A DNA stretch of 64,000 nucleotides from Chiloscyllium plagiosum. Lineage: Eukaryota. The stretch lies in the NCBI RefSeq assembly GCF_004010195.1, contig NC_057719.1, positions 50,829,008 through 50,893,007 on the forward strand. The letters are read 5' to 3'. The notes below the pieces were generated by a model. It saw only the letters and a list, made by a program, of their open reading frames with translations. It had not been told where the DNA came from and did not search any database. Shown piece by piece: positions 39,195-51,094 of this stretch. The position numbers were made by a program, and so were the translations under genes. Position 1 is the stretch's first letter. Every line of letters starts with the position of its first letter.

Positions 39195-41474
39195 TGATGT
39201 GGCGGTGCTGGTGTCAGACTGGGTTGGACATGGTCAGAAATCCTACATTACCAGATTACAGTCCAACAAGTTTATTGATGTAACACGTTTTTGAAGAGCT
39301 ACTCCTTTGTCAGGTGAAGTGGAGAGAAGCACAGGCACAGAACAAATAGGTGGAGAGATCAAAAAACAGTAGAAATGGGGTGAGTTGAGTGTCAACAGGC
39401 TAATTAACAGGCCTTTGCAAGTGATCATAAGTGTCAGACGGTGTGAATAAAGTGTCAACAGCTGAATAACAAGTGAAGGGATGACCTATGATCCAATTAA
39501 TTGAAGCAGAGAGATAATTACAAAAAATTAAAGAAAGATGGTGCTAGAATCAAGGCATGCTGAGGGTTTCATCAAAGTATGAAGTAATCCAAAACTGTCC
39601 AAACTAATTAAGGGAGGCAGATGATAACATGTTAGCAAGGTGATGGTGTCAAAACAGAACAGCAAGGAAGATTTTACAAATACAGAACAGTATGGTGGAG
39701 TTACGTGTAGCATGACATGAACCCAAGACATGAAGTTGTTTCGTGTGTATGGAACTTGGCTATCAGTTTCTGCTAGGCGATTCTGCATTGTTGTGTACCT
39801 GAAGGCTACCTTACAGGAAGCTTACCTGAAGATTGGAGGCTGGAAATCCTTGGCTTTTGAAGTGTTCCCTGACTGGGAGGGAATATTCCTGTCTGGAGAT
39901 TATTATGAGGTGTCCATTCACCCGTTGTCATAGTGAATGCATGGTCTTGCCAATATATCATGCCTTAGGGTATCTTGCCTGCAGCTTATGAGGTAGACAT
40001 CATTGATCGATTCACATGAGTACTTGCCGTGTTGGGTGGTGTCAAGAGAGTGGTGCTGAAAAAGCACTGCAGGTCAGGCAGCATCCAAGGAGCAGGAGAA
40101 TCAACGTTTCGGGCATAAGCCCTTCATCAGGAACCCACATGTTGTTGATCTGACATCACTTGCAGAGGTTGCCGTGGCAGGGTTGTTTGGAATTGTGGTC
40201 ACTGTTGTCCTGAAGGCTGCGTATGAACAATGGTCTGTTTAAGGTTTAGCAGTTTTTTGAAGGCAAGAAATGAAAGCATAGGGCAGACCTTGGTGAGATG
40301 TTCGTCGTCATCAATGACATGTTGAAGAACATGCCCTTCTCCACTCTGGGGAAATACTGGACAATGAAGGGTACTTGATCAGTCGTATCTTGTGTCTGTG
40401 TTATGAGGAGGTTATTATAGTTTTTCACTGTGGCACATTGGAACTGGCGATTGATGCGTTGAGCATTGTATCCCGTTCTTATGAAGGTGTCTTTTAGCAT
40501 CTTTAGGTATCCGTCTTTAGATCCTGTGTATACACCGAGCTTGTCCATTGGACATGGCTACTTTTACATGTTTTGGGTGGAAACTAAAGTGCAACACCGT
40601 GAGGTTATCCGTGGACTTGCAGTAGAGTGAGGTACTGAGGTGTCTGTCCTTGTTGGAGATGCATGTGTTTAAGAATGAGCCTGATTCTGAAGAGTAGTCC
40701 ATGATGAGTCTGATGGTGGGATGAAACTTGTTGATATTGTTGTGTAGTCATTTCGGTGATTCTTTGCCATGAGTCCAAAAGAATGAAATGTTGTCAATGT
40801 ATTTGGTGAATAGCATTGGTTGAAGGTTCTTATAGCAAAGAAATCTGGCTCGAACTTGTGCATGAACATGTTGGCATATTGGGATGCAAGTTTGGTCCCT
40901 ATGGCTGTTCTGTGTACCTGGATGAAGAGTTGCTTGTCAAATGTGAAGACATTGTAGTCAAGAATTAAGCTGGTGAGTTGCAGGATGACATCTGGAAATT
41001 GGCAATTGTTGGTGTTGAGCACTGAGGATGTTGCAGAAATGCCATCATCATGGGGGATGTTGGTGTAGAGTGCCGAAATGTTCATTGTGACGGGGAATGT
41101 TCCTGGTTCAACTGGTCAGTAGGTGCTGAGTTTCTGTTAGAAGTCTGTAGTGTTGCAACAGAAGCGCATCTCTTGACGGCTTGAGCATACATGTCAAGCC
41201 TAGGGCAGCGGCCTTCCAGAGGGGTCCAATTTGACTCTTTTTTTTCTTTGATCACTGTACTATAGATCTGTCTGTTGACTTGTTATGATTTCATTAGTTT
41301 GTACAGTTTTGGATTACTTGATACTTTGGTTAGACCCTCGGCATGCGACTCCTATACCTATCATGATATTCCAGCCACTTGTTTTGTTTCCAGCACCATC
41401 TTATTTTTAATTTTTGCAATTATCTCTCTGCCTCAATTAATTGGATCATAGGTCATCCCTTCACTTGCTATTCA
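39195..41474 (-). mobile_element. Decayed Penelope-like retroelement (RT + GIY-YIG + family A-like pLTR) with an inverted partial pLTR at its 5' end
   Basis: PLE RT motifs ISALYTNIPH, NVFTFD, TAIGTKLASQYANMFM and FLN..I...LSTSLY.KSTD. The pLTR at 39195-39330 has a decayed hammerhead. 41292-41474 is an inverted copy of 39462-39612. Confidence 0.9.
40040..40133 (-). mobile_element. Single-arm family B cassette with an intact hammerhead core, nested in the older PLE
   Basis: Minus strand reads TTC CTGATGA A GGGC ttat GCCC GAA ACGT T GATT (40099-40133). Confidence 0.8.
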
Positions 41475-41639
41475 TTGGAATTGCATGTTGAAAAAATGAC
41501 CACAGTGCTTTTGGGTGCTGATCTGTGGTCATGACACTTTTCCCACATGAAGAATTAAGTTAGGTTTATTCTTATTTAATTGCAAAGGATAAAGTAAAAT
41601 AAACATACATTACAACACGTTCTCTCATTCTCTGACAGA

Positions 41640-41705
41640 CAAACAGACACACACACACACTCTCTCTCACTCACCCACTCACCCACCCACTCACCCACTC
41701 ACTCT
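41640..41705. repeat. (CA)n/(CT)n/(CACT/CACC)n microsatellite
   Basis: Visible simple repeats. Confidence 0.8.
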
Positions 41706-43305
41706 AACACATGCACTTAGCTTTGGTCCGAACCAGGCTTCTCTAACTTTTTGTCAGGGTATCTGCAAACACATTTGATTTCCCAGCAAGAAGGTTTTTA
41801 AGTGGTGCAACTGAAGGATCAAACTCCAACAAAATAAATTCTGGACCTTAAACCTTTATAACAGTGCTGGGAAGGCAGCAGTGTAGTGGTAAGGGTGCTG
41901 GATTAATAATCTACAGACCAAAGTAATGCTCTGGGGCCTCAGATTTGAATCACACTGCTGCAGATGGTGAATTTGAAACTTTGCAATTGAAACTTTCAAG
42001 GTAAATGTAAAGTTTCCAGAATCCTACTAGATCAAAGAACTGCTTTCTCATCAAACTGAGGGTTCCCACACCAAAGGGGAGGGGCTAAGAAGGAGACTCC
42101 TATATGATAACCTGGGAATTGAACACATGCTGTTGGCATCATGCTGCATCGCAAACCAGCTATACAGACAACTGAGCCAACTTACACTCTGTTGAAAATT
42201 TGATCACTACCAATAAAATCATTATTGATTGGCATAAAAATACATTTCATTCACTAATGTCACTTATGTAGGTCTGGCCTATATGTGACACCAGATACCA
42301 ATGTCAGTGACTCTTGACTGCCCTCTGAAATAGTCTAGCAAGCCACTTATTTGTAACAGCCTCTTAAAAAGTCTCAGAAAAAGAGTGAAACCGGATTGAT
42401 CAGCTGGCAGTGTCTTAAGACAATGGCTAAACCCAGTACTGTTAACACTGCAAAGTCATCCTGACCAATATCTGAAGGTGCCAAAATTGCATAAGCTGTC
42501 TCATTGGCCAGTCAAGCAGCCTAATAAAGTCATAATAACGGAATCATACCTTGCAGAAATTGTCCAAGAGGACACCAAATCCATCCTTGGGTATGCTGGG
42601 TCCAGCCAGCAGGCTAGACCCAGCAGAGGAGGTGACATTTGGGAGGGAATATCCTTTGTAGTCATCAAATTGACCCTGAGCCCCATGATGACTCACATCA
42701 TGAGGACAAACCTGTTGGTACTGCCAGGAGAAGCACTAGCCATGCCTGAAAATGAAATATCAATCTGGTGAAATTCGGCCTACTTTTGTGCTACTTAGAT
42801 CTAAACACTTCAGTCCTACAATATTTATTTGTGAATGGTAGTGGACAATTGAAGAATTCACTGGATGAGAATAAATATCCTGCATAGATATGCTCACACT
42901 CCATGATGGGGGAGCCCAGCCTTTCAATGCAACAATCTTCAAACAGAAGCACTGAGTAGATGATCCATCTTGGCCTCCTCAAAAAGTCTGCGGCATCCAG
43001 ATGCCAGTCTTCAGCCAATTTGATTCACTCCGTGCAATATCAAGAAAGGGTAGGAAGCATTGAATACTGCAAAAGCTGTGGGACCTGACAACAGTTTACC
43101 AATCACACTGAAGATGTGCTCCAGAATTTGTCATGCCCCTAACCAAGCTGATGCAGTGCAACTACAACACTGGCATCAACCTGACAATGTGGAAAATTGC
43201 CCAGGAATTTTTGTTACAACATGGAAAATTGGAGCTAATAAGCCCAGCCATTTTCTGCCCCATCAGTCTGTACTGGATCGTCAGTGAATTGATGGAAGGT
43301 GACAT

Positions 43306-45390
43306 TATAGAACATAGAATATTACGGCGCAGTACAGGCCCTTCAGCCCTCGATGTTGCACCAACCTGTGGAACCAATCTGAAGTCTAACTATCCTACAC
43401 TATTTCATTTTCATCCATATGTCTTACCAATGACCATTTAAATGCCCTTAAAGTTGGCAAGTCTACTACTGTTGCAGGCAGTGCGTTCCACGCCCCTACT
43501 ATTCCCTGAGTAAAGAAACTATCTCTGACATCTGTCCTATATCTATCACCCCTCAATTTAAAGCTATATCCTCTCATGCTAGCCATCATCATCTGAGGAA
43601 AAAGATTCTCACTGTCCACCCTATCTAACCCTCTGATTATCTTGTATGTCTTAACTAAGGCACCTCTCAACCTTCTTCTCTCTAACGAAAACAGCCTCAA
43701 GTCCCTCAGCCTCTGCTCATAAAACTTTCCCTCCATACCAGGCAACATCCTAGTAAATCTCCTCTGAACCATCTCCAAAACATCCACATCCTTCCTATAA
43801 TGCAGTGACCAGAACTATATGCAATGCTCCAAGTGTGGCCGCACCAGAGTTTTGTACAGCAGCAGCATGACCACGTGGCTCCGAAACTCAATCCCTCTAC
43901 TAATAGAAGCTAAACACCGTATGCCTTTTTAACAAGGAGAAAGTGAGGACTGCAGATGCTGGAGATCATAGCTGAAAATGTGTTGCTGGTAAGGCGCAGC
44001 AGGTCAGGCAGCATCCAAGGAGCAGGAGAATCGATGTTTCGGGCATGAGCCTGAAGAACATGGCTGAAGAAGGACTCATGCCCGAAATGTCGATTCTCCT
44101 GCTCCTTGGATGCTGCCTGACCTGCTGCGCTTTTCCAGCAACACATTTTCAGCTGCCTTTTTAACAACCCTATCAATCTGGTTGGCAACTTTAAGGGATC
44201 TATGTACATGGACAATGAGATCTCTCTGCTCATCCACACTACCAAGAATCTTACCGTTAGCCCAGTACTCTTTATTCCTGTTGCTCCTTCCAAAGCGAAT
44301 CACCTCACATTTTTCTGCATTAAACTCCATTTGCCATGCCTTAGCCCAGCTCTGTAGCTTACCTATGTCCCTCTGTAACCTGCAACATCCTTCAGCACTA
44401 TCCGCAACTCCACAAGTTGTGTGGAGTAGTGTCATCTGCAAATTTACTAACCCATCCTTCTCTGCCCTCATCCAGTTCATTTATATAAATGATAAATAAC
44501 ACTGGACCCAAAACACATCCTTATGGTACACCATTAGTAACTGAACTCCAGGATGAATAATTCCCATCAACTACCACCCTCTGTCTGTTTTCAGCCAGCC
44601 AATTCCTGATTCAAACCGCTAAATCACCCTCAATCCCCTGCCTCTGTATTTTGTGCAATAGCCTACCGTGGGGAACCTTGTCAAACACCTTACTGAAATC
44701 CATATACATAACAGCAACTGCTTTACCCTCATCCACCTGTTTGGTCACTATCTCAAAGAACTCAATAAGATTTGTGAGGCACGACCTACCTTTCACAAAA
44801 ACGTGTTGACTATCCCCAATCAACCTATTCCTCTCTCGATAATTCTAAATCGTATCTCTTATAACCTTTTCCAACACTTTACCCACAGCTGAAGTAAGGC
44901 TCACCGGTCTATAATTACCAGGTTGTCTCTACTCCTCTTCTTGAACAAGAGGACAACATTTGCTATCCTCTAGTCTTCTGGCACTATTCCTGTAGACAAT
45001 GATTACATAAAGAACAAAGCCAAAGGCTCTGCAATCTCCTCCCTGGCTTCCCAGAGAATTCTCAGATAAATCCCATCCAGCTCAGGGGACTTAGCAATTC
45101 CGGAAAGTGTGAAAATAGATAACACCCTCTTCCTTGCAAACATCAAACCCATCTAGTCTAATAGCAGGTATCTCAGTACTGTCCAAGTGTGGCCGCACCT
45201 CGACAACATTGTCTTTTTCCAGTGTGAATACTGACGAAAAATATTCATTTAGTGCTTCTGTATCTCCTCAGGCTCCATGCGCAACTTCCCACTATATCTT
45301 TCCAAGTCATTCTTTTATTCCTGATATAGCTATGGAAAGCTTTAAGATTTTCCTTGATCCTACCTGCCAACGACTTCTCATGTCCCCTCA
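43306..45390 (-). mobile_element. CR1/HER1 LINE ~2 kb 3' fragment nested in the older LINE
   Basis: SQHVFVKGRSCLTNLIEFF, YMDFSKVFDKVPH, WQMEFNAEKCEV and VQRRFTRMLPG motifs in minus-strand ORFs. Confidence 0.95.
43936..44153. mobile_element. Fold-back PLE-derived cassette, family B, with 14-bp TSD
   Basis: TSD tgcctttttaacaa at 43922-43935 and 44154-44167 (VKKA is duplicated in the host CR1 frame). Degenerate core CTGAAGA A GGAC tcat GCCC GAA ATGT C at 44064-44091. Confidence 0.9.
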
Positions 45391-46659
45391 TTAACAGTGC
45401 TTTAAAGCTGTACTCGATTCGCAACAAACTGCTCACTGATGCTCAGTTTGGGTTCTGCCAGGGTCAGAGTTCCTGACCTTATTCTAGCCTTAGTTCAAAC
45501 ATATGTTTGAAACATCTGAAGTTCAATAGTGAGATAACTGCCCTTGATATTAAAGCTGCATTTGCCGGAACGTGGTGTCAAGTTCCAGCAATAGAAATCA
45601 ATAGGAATTGGGCGATGACTCTTTGCGAGTTAGAGTCATACTTTCACAAGTATGGCACAAAGGAAAGATGGTTTGATTATCAGAGATCAATCACTTCAGT
45701 CCCTGGACATCTCTGCAGGTGTTCCTCAGGGTAGTGCCCTAGACACATCTTCAGCTGCTTCATCAATGACCTTCGTCCATCATAAGATCAGAAATTGAGA
45801 TGTTCTCCAATGATTACACAATGTTCGCCAATTGCAACTCATCAGATTTGGAAGCAGTCCATGCCCAAATACAGCAAGAGCTGGATAATGTTCAAGATTA
45901 GGATGAGAATAGCAAATAATTATTCCTGCCACACCAGTGTCAGGCAATGCCTATCTCCAACAAGACAGAATCAAACCATTGTCACCTTGAAATTTAATGA
46001 CATCCTGGGGTTTACCATTAATCAGAAACTGATTTAGACAAGCAATGTAAAAACTGTGGCTACAAGAGCAGGACAGAGTCTAGGAATTCTGCAATGCATA
46101 GCTCACCTTATTCCCTAAAGCCTGTCCACCATCTACAAGGCATAATTCAGGATTGTGATGGAATACCCCCACTTTTATGGATGGGTGCAGCTCCAACAAC
46201 ACTCAAGAAGCTTGACACCATCCAGAGCAAAGCACCCCACTTGTTTGGCACCATAACCACAATCATTCACTCCCTCCACCTCTAACACTCAGCAGGAACA
46301 ATGTGTAACATCTACAAGATGCACTACAAGCATTTTCCAAGGTTCCTTAGGACTTTCCAAACCATGCCCTTTTCCTTCTAGATGGGTGTGGTCAACAGAC
46401 ATGGGAACACTTCCATCTGTAAGCTCCTCTCTAATCTACTCACTACCCTGACTTCAAAATATATTGCCATTCTTTCAGTGTCACTGGGTCAAAATCCTGG
46501 AACTTTCTCTCTTCTGGGATAGTGGGTCTACCTACAGCAATGGACTGCAGCGGTTCAAGAAGTCAGCTCACCACCGCCTTCTCAAGGGCAGTACGAATAG
46601 GCAATAAATTCTTGAGCCTCGCCAGCAATACCAACATCCCGTGAATGAATAAAAACATT

Positions 46660-48720
46660 TGCTGGTTTGTGTTCAGTAAGGACTTTGGTCTCTGTACCCA
46701 TTTCAGACATCCCAAAGTGTGAGTCAGTAATAAACCGAGGGCTTCCTTCTCCACTGTAGAGTCTCAATAAAATGAAGACTTGTTTTGAAGACATATCCAA
46801 TTGATGTGTCTCTCTTCCGTTTTGTCTTTCTAAAGGAGAACTGCCCCTACTCTGAGGTTACTCAGACATTTGGAGCTGCAAACTTAGGCTCACTTGTTAA
46901 AATGACCTTCAGCTTTTCAAAGACAGTTTACATTTCGGAATGCAGACTACCTTTTTTTTCCTGTAGTAGTGGTGCAACTGCTGTTCCGACATTTGGGATG
47001 AATTATCCATAGAATCCACATATTCCCAAGAACCTCATGATTTCCTGTTTAGTTGTGGGAATGGGGAACTGGATTAATGCTCTTACTTTTGCAGCCTTGA
47101 GCAGTACTTACCCTTGATCCACAAGCTATCATACATAGGTCACTTGGGCAGTCACTCATTAAGAGATTGACCACAAGGCCAACTGACTGTATATTCAGAA
47201 CAGGGCTGTGAGTTGCTCCAAGTGCTCTTCCCAGTTGTCACTGTACCTTAGCAATTTGTCTAGTTACACTACACAATTCAATAAGCCTGCCACTATTCTG
47301 GTTCATCAGCCTACGAAAGGTGGTGCAGACATTCTTTGAGGCCAAATAGCATGATGCAATACTAATATAACCTGTTAGGAGTTACGAAAGCCAAGATCTC
47401 CTTTGCATTGACAGTCAAGGGAACCTAACAGCGCCCCTTGAGTCAACCTATCTTGGTAATGTATGAGGTTTCACCTCCTCTATCCAGGCAGTCTTTAGAG
47501 CTGGAAATAAAATTTGAACCCTGTTCCGACTGGATCTCGATGCGCGACCACATCAAGTAAATAATTGGATCAATTCCTTCACTGCTTATATGGCACATAT
47601 AGAACTGGGGACAGCTGCAGAGAAACAGGTGGTCATGTCCAGGCTTTCATGGTGACCCTCTTTTGTTTTGGGAGGGGTCCTACACAGTCCACTAACACCT
47701 TGCTGAATTGTTCCCCAAAAGCCAGCATGGAAACTTTAGGTGCTGGTCTTATTGAGAGTTTGAGTTTCCCACAACTGGTTAAGTGTGGCAGGCTCTGCAA
47801 AACCTTACTATATCCCTGTGGAGCTGTGGCCAGTAACAATGCTGGCTGGCGAAGGCATGGTTTTGAATAAAACAACATGGAATCTCATGAACCAGCTACA
47901 ATATTCCCCTACAGTACCCAAGTAGCACTGCTACCTAGTGGATCACTCTCCACTCCTCGTTAAAAGGTATGTGAGAGGGTCTCCATTTCCTCATCAGCAC
48001 CTCATTTTTAATATCACAGCATTCAGAAACAAATTCTGCCCCAGCTTTAGTGTGAGTAATTTGATTTAGTATTTTTAAGAGTGGGTCAGCTTGTTGGGAT
48101 ACTACCTTGTGAGTTCTGTTTTTACTTTATTAGGGTTTTCTGGACTCTTGGGAGATTTCAAATAACCTAACGTGTGTCTTTAGCTTGCATTGTCACCTCA
48201 ACTATCACTGGCTGAGCTGAGCTGGTCTGGCTATGGACCATGTGGATCTCACAGTCAGGGAAAATACTGACCTCAAATCTCCTGACCTAACTGGAATTCT
48301 TAAGACCACAGGTTATGGTATTGCCTTTGAACCTGCCAGGCCATTGCCAAAGAGCAGATCAGGCTATATACTGGCAAGCTGATAGGACTCCCAAGATTAC
48401 TGGTCTTAACACCAGATCAAATTCTAGGTGCACACGGTAAAGGGGGATGGATAAGTACCTTTTTTCAATCCCTTTTATCAGCACCTTGGCACTTAATGCA
48501 TTCTCTGATGGGAAGATTACCTTTTGTTAGCAGTAGTGTTTGTTTGGCCCTGGCATCCTTGGTATCACTACAGGCTTGCTTGCCTTACCCTGGAGAAATG
48601 TGGCCACCACTGGTTCAAAGCCACCTGCTTAAACCTTTCAAATGTTTGGTACATTTAGTCCGGCCCTTCCCTGAGGTTAAAAGCAGCCAATTTAACTCAT
48701 TCCAAACTTAGTTAACTTAG
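46660..48720 (-). mobile_element. Gmr1-type (Ty3/Gypsy) LTR retrotransposon pol remnant, order PR-IN-RT-RH
   Basis: Reading the minus strand: protease-like PVVIPRDARA (~48560) and DLLFGN, then integrase VLMRKWRP and FSKVLVDCVGPLPK (~47690), then RT AKEILAFVTP..FGLK (~47400), then QFPIPTTKQEIMRFLG (~47050). Confidence 0.8.
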
Positions 48721-51094
48721 TTAAATCCTTTTAAAGTAAAGGTTCCTTTGGCTCTGGGGAAAGGTATGCAAAAGGAAAGGGATCCTTATTAATTAATTTT
48801 GGTGCAACCAATCGAGTAGGTGAGTGGCTAAAAAGGAGGGCCGGTTCACCCCTCTTCATCCAGAAGTTTAACAGTTTGCAGTATCCTGTGTGAAACAGTA
48901 ACAAGTTGAGGAACCTCACCCAGGGTCTAGGCATAACAATGGCCACCAATGATAAGGGGGATTGGGGGTAATGGGTGAAAACCCATGGTGTCAGAATTAG
49001 ACAAACAGAGTTTGGTGAGTGTGTGGAGAGGAGTGAATGACAAGAGGTTTACAGTTATAAATAGCAGCAGAGATGCAGAGAGGCTGCAGAGTTTTGGGTG
49101 AGTTTAAATTTACTGAGGGCGGCAGAGTAGACAGGAAAGCACACAAGTAGCTGACATGGGTGAATGTTTCTGCAGCAGGTGGACAAGACAAGGCAGAAGT
49201 AAGCAATATCACTACATATGTAGTTATTAGTGTTCCATACCATGTGTGATTAGAAGCAAGGTTTGAGGTTAAATAAGACACTGAGATTACAAGCAGTCAA
49301 GTTTAGCTTGGCATGATGACTCAAGAGGAGATGGAATTGGCAGAAATGGTTTGGAATTTATACAAGGTGTCAAAGGTTTTAGTTATCATGTTATTACACA
49401 AGTGGGAAATTTGTATGAACTAAGACTGAAGACTAGATCAAAACTATAAGTAAAAGATACCATACCTTAAGTATGTAAAATGTTAGAAGGATCATTCATC
49501 AGTACTAAAGTTTGTACTTTTTAAATGTATTTTGGAAAAGGAAATGCTTTGCTGACATGTTCATTTGCTCCTTGTCAAAATCCCCACATTCGTTGTGATC
49601 AAAACTTCGAATTTTCTAAGGGTAATGTACATATTGTTAATATCTTATTATTAGAAATATCAGAAGTCACAAGTAAACCATTTTTCCAACAACTCTAAGT
49701 TCCAACAAACTGGTCATTGGCTTGAGGTATCCCTGTAGGAACTGAATGGTGTCTAGTAAAGGTGTCGGCAATGTAAAGTCATTTTACCATTTGACAGGGG
49801 AATGCCATTAATTTATACATACTTGGTAAATAATGTAAACAAGATACTGAACAACTTGGTATCTAACTGTAAATCAGTCTTTTGGGTCTGTAAAAATTGC
49901 ATGAGTCACCATGTTATTGCTTTACTTATGCTGTTGCAGCAGTGTGATGATGACAACTTTCATCTGACAGCTAGTATGCCATCCAATCAGCATTGAATTG
50001 CAGCCAGATTTTCAACTGCTGTCAGCAAACTGAAAGTAGAACATTCTTCGAAGCCTTATATTTTGTTAGATATCTAAATATTTTGGAGTATATTTTGAGA
50101 ATTTTTGTATCACCTGAATCCTTTGATTAATTATATACACATCATTATATATTTGAATATAGAATTTTATAATATATACTCCACCTCTTACCTTCCTGCG
50201 GCTTGTCGTGAAATGAAATACCATAACACTACAATTCAAACCCAATGTCACAAAGCACTTCAGTGCGTATCACGTGATTTAATCAGAGGAAGCTTTCTGG
50301 TCATCATTACATACCATTTATACAGATTGAGTAAAATTAGCAACAATTTGAAATTTTAAAATTACATAGAGTAGCACACTTTGGAATACGTTGTCAGATT
50401 TAACACATTTTGGAACTTGGATTATACTAAAGAGTTTCTTGCATGTTGCTGCCATCATCAGGATATCTTCAGCTGTCACTGTTTTATAATAACCCCTATT
50501 TAATCTGCATGTAATGGTCATGAAACTATCATAGCTACTGTAATTTCACAACAGTAGCTATTTGTGTACACCTGTACTGGACTAACTCATAGCCATTGAA
50601 GAAGCAGATCATGGAAGTGAAGATAACAGAACTGGAAATCACTGATCAACTAAACAAACAGAATGACAAGATATTCTAAATTAATTATAATTTTGTGATA
50701 AATCAAAGAAGAAGAGAAAACAAGTGAGAAAAGAATTGAGCCAGTATAGCAATAATAAAGAAAAATGTGTACGTAGAAAGAACAAAATACAAAAATGGAT
50801 TGGAAGAAAGTTGACTCTTAAAATTTTTTTTAAGTTTCTGTGCAAACAGACCAACAAAAATAAGAAATGGGATGCAGACTGGTTCATCATTAATTAACAT
50901 TAATGGATTGATATTAGCTTTGCTTATTTAGTCTGAATATGCCATTTTCTATTTATTTATCAAATCTGCATTTGCTTTTTGTTAGTACCCTACCCACTCT
51001 TATTTAGCATTATATAACATATAAAAGCAAAAACAATAATTTTGTCCATCAAGGCCACATCAGTATTTATGCTCATCTTGAACCTTCTCCTAGT

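Larger units (their letters stand above)
41870..46655 (+). mobile_element. Decayed, internally deleted LINE (CR1/L2 group): tRNA-like head, APE, RT and (GAAT)n tail; interrupted by a SINE (~41995-42185) and a CR1 (43306-45390)
   Basis: APE remnant in ORF 42478 (VIITESYL...RPSRGG), KAVGPD at ~43070, QFGF at ~45445, ALDIKAAF at ~45540, VPQGS...FSCFINDL at ~45720, and a 3' tail gtgaatgaataaaaa. Confidence 0.8.
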
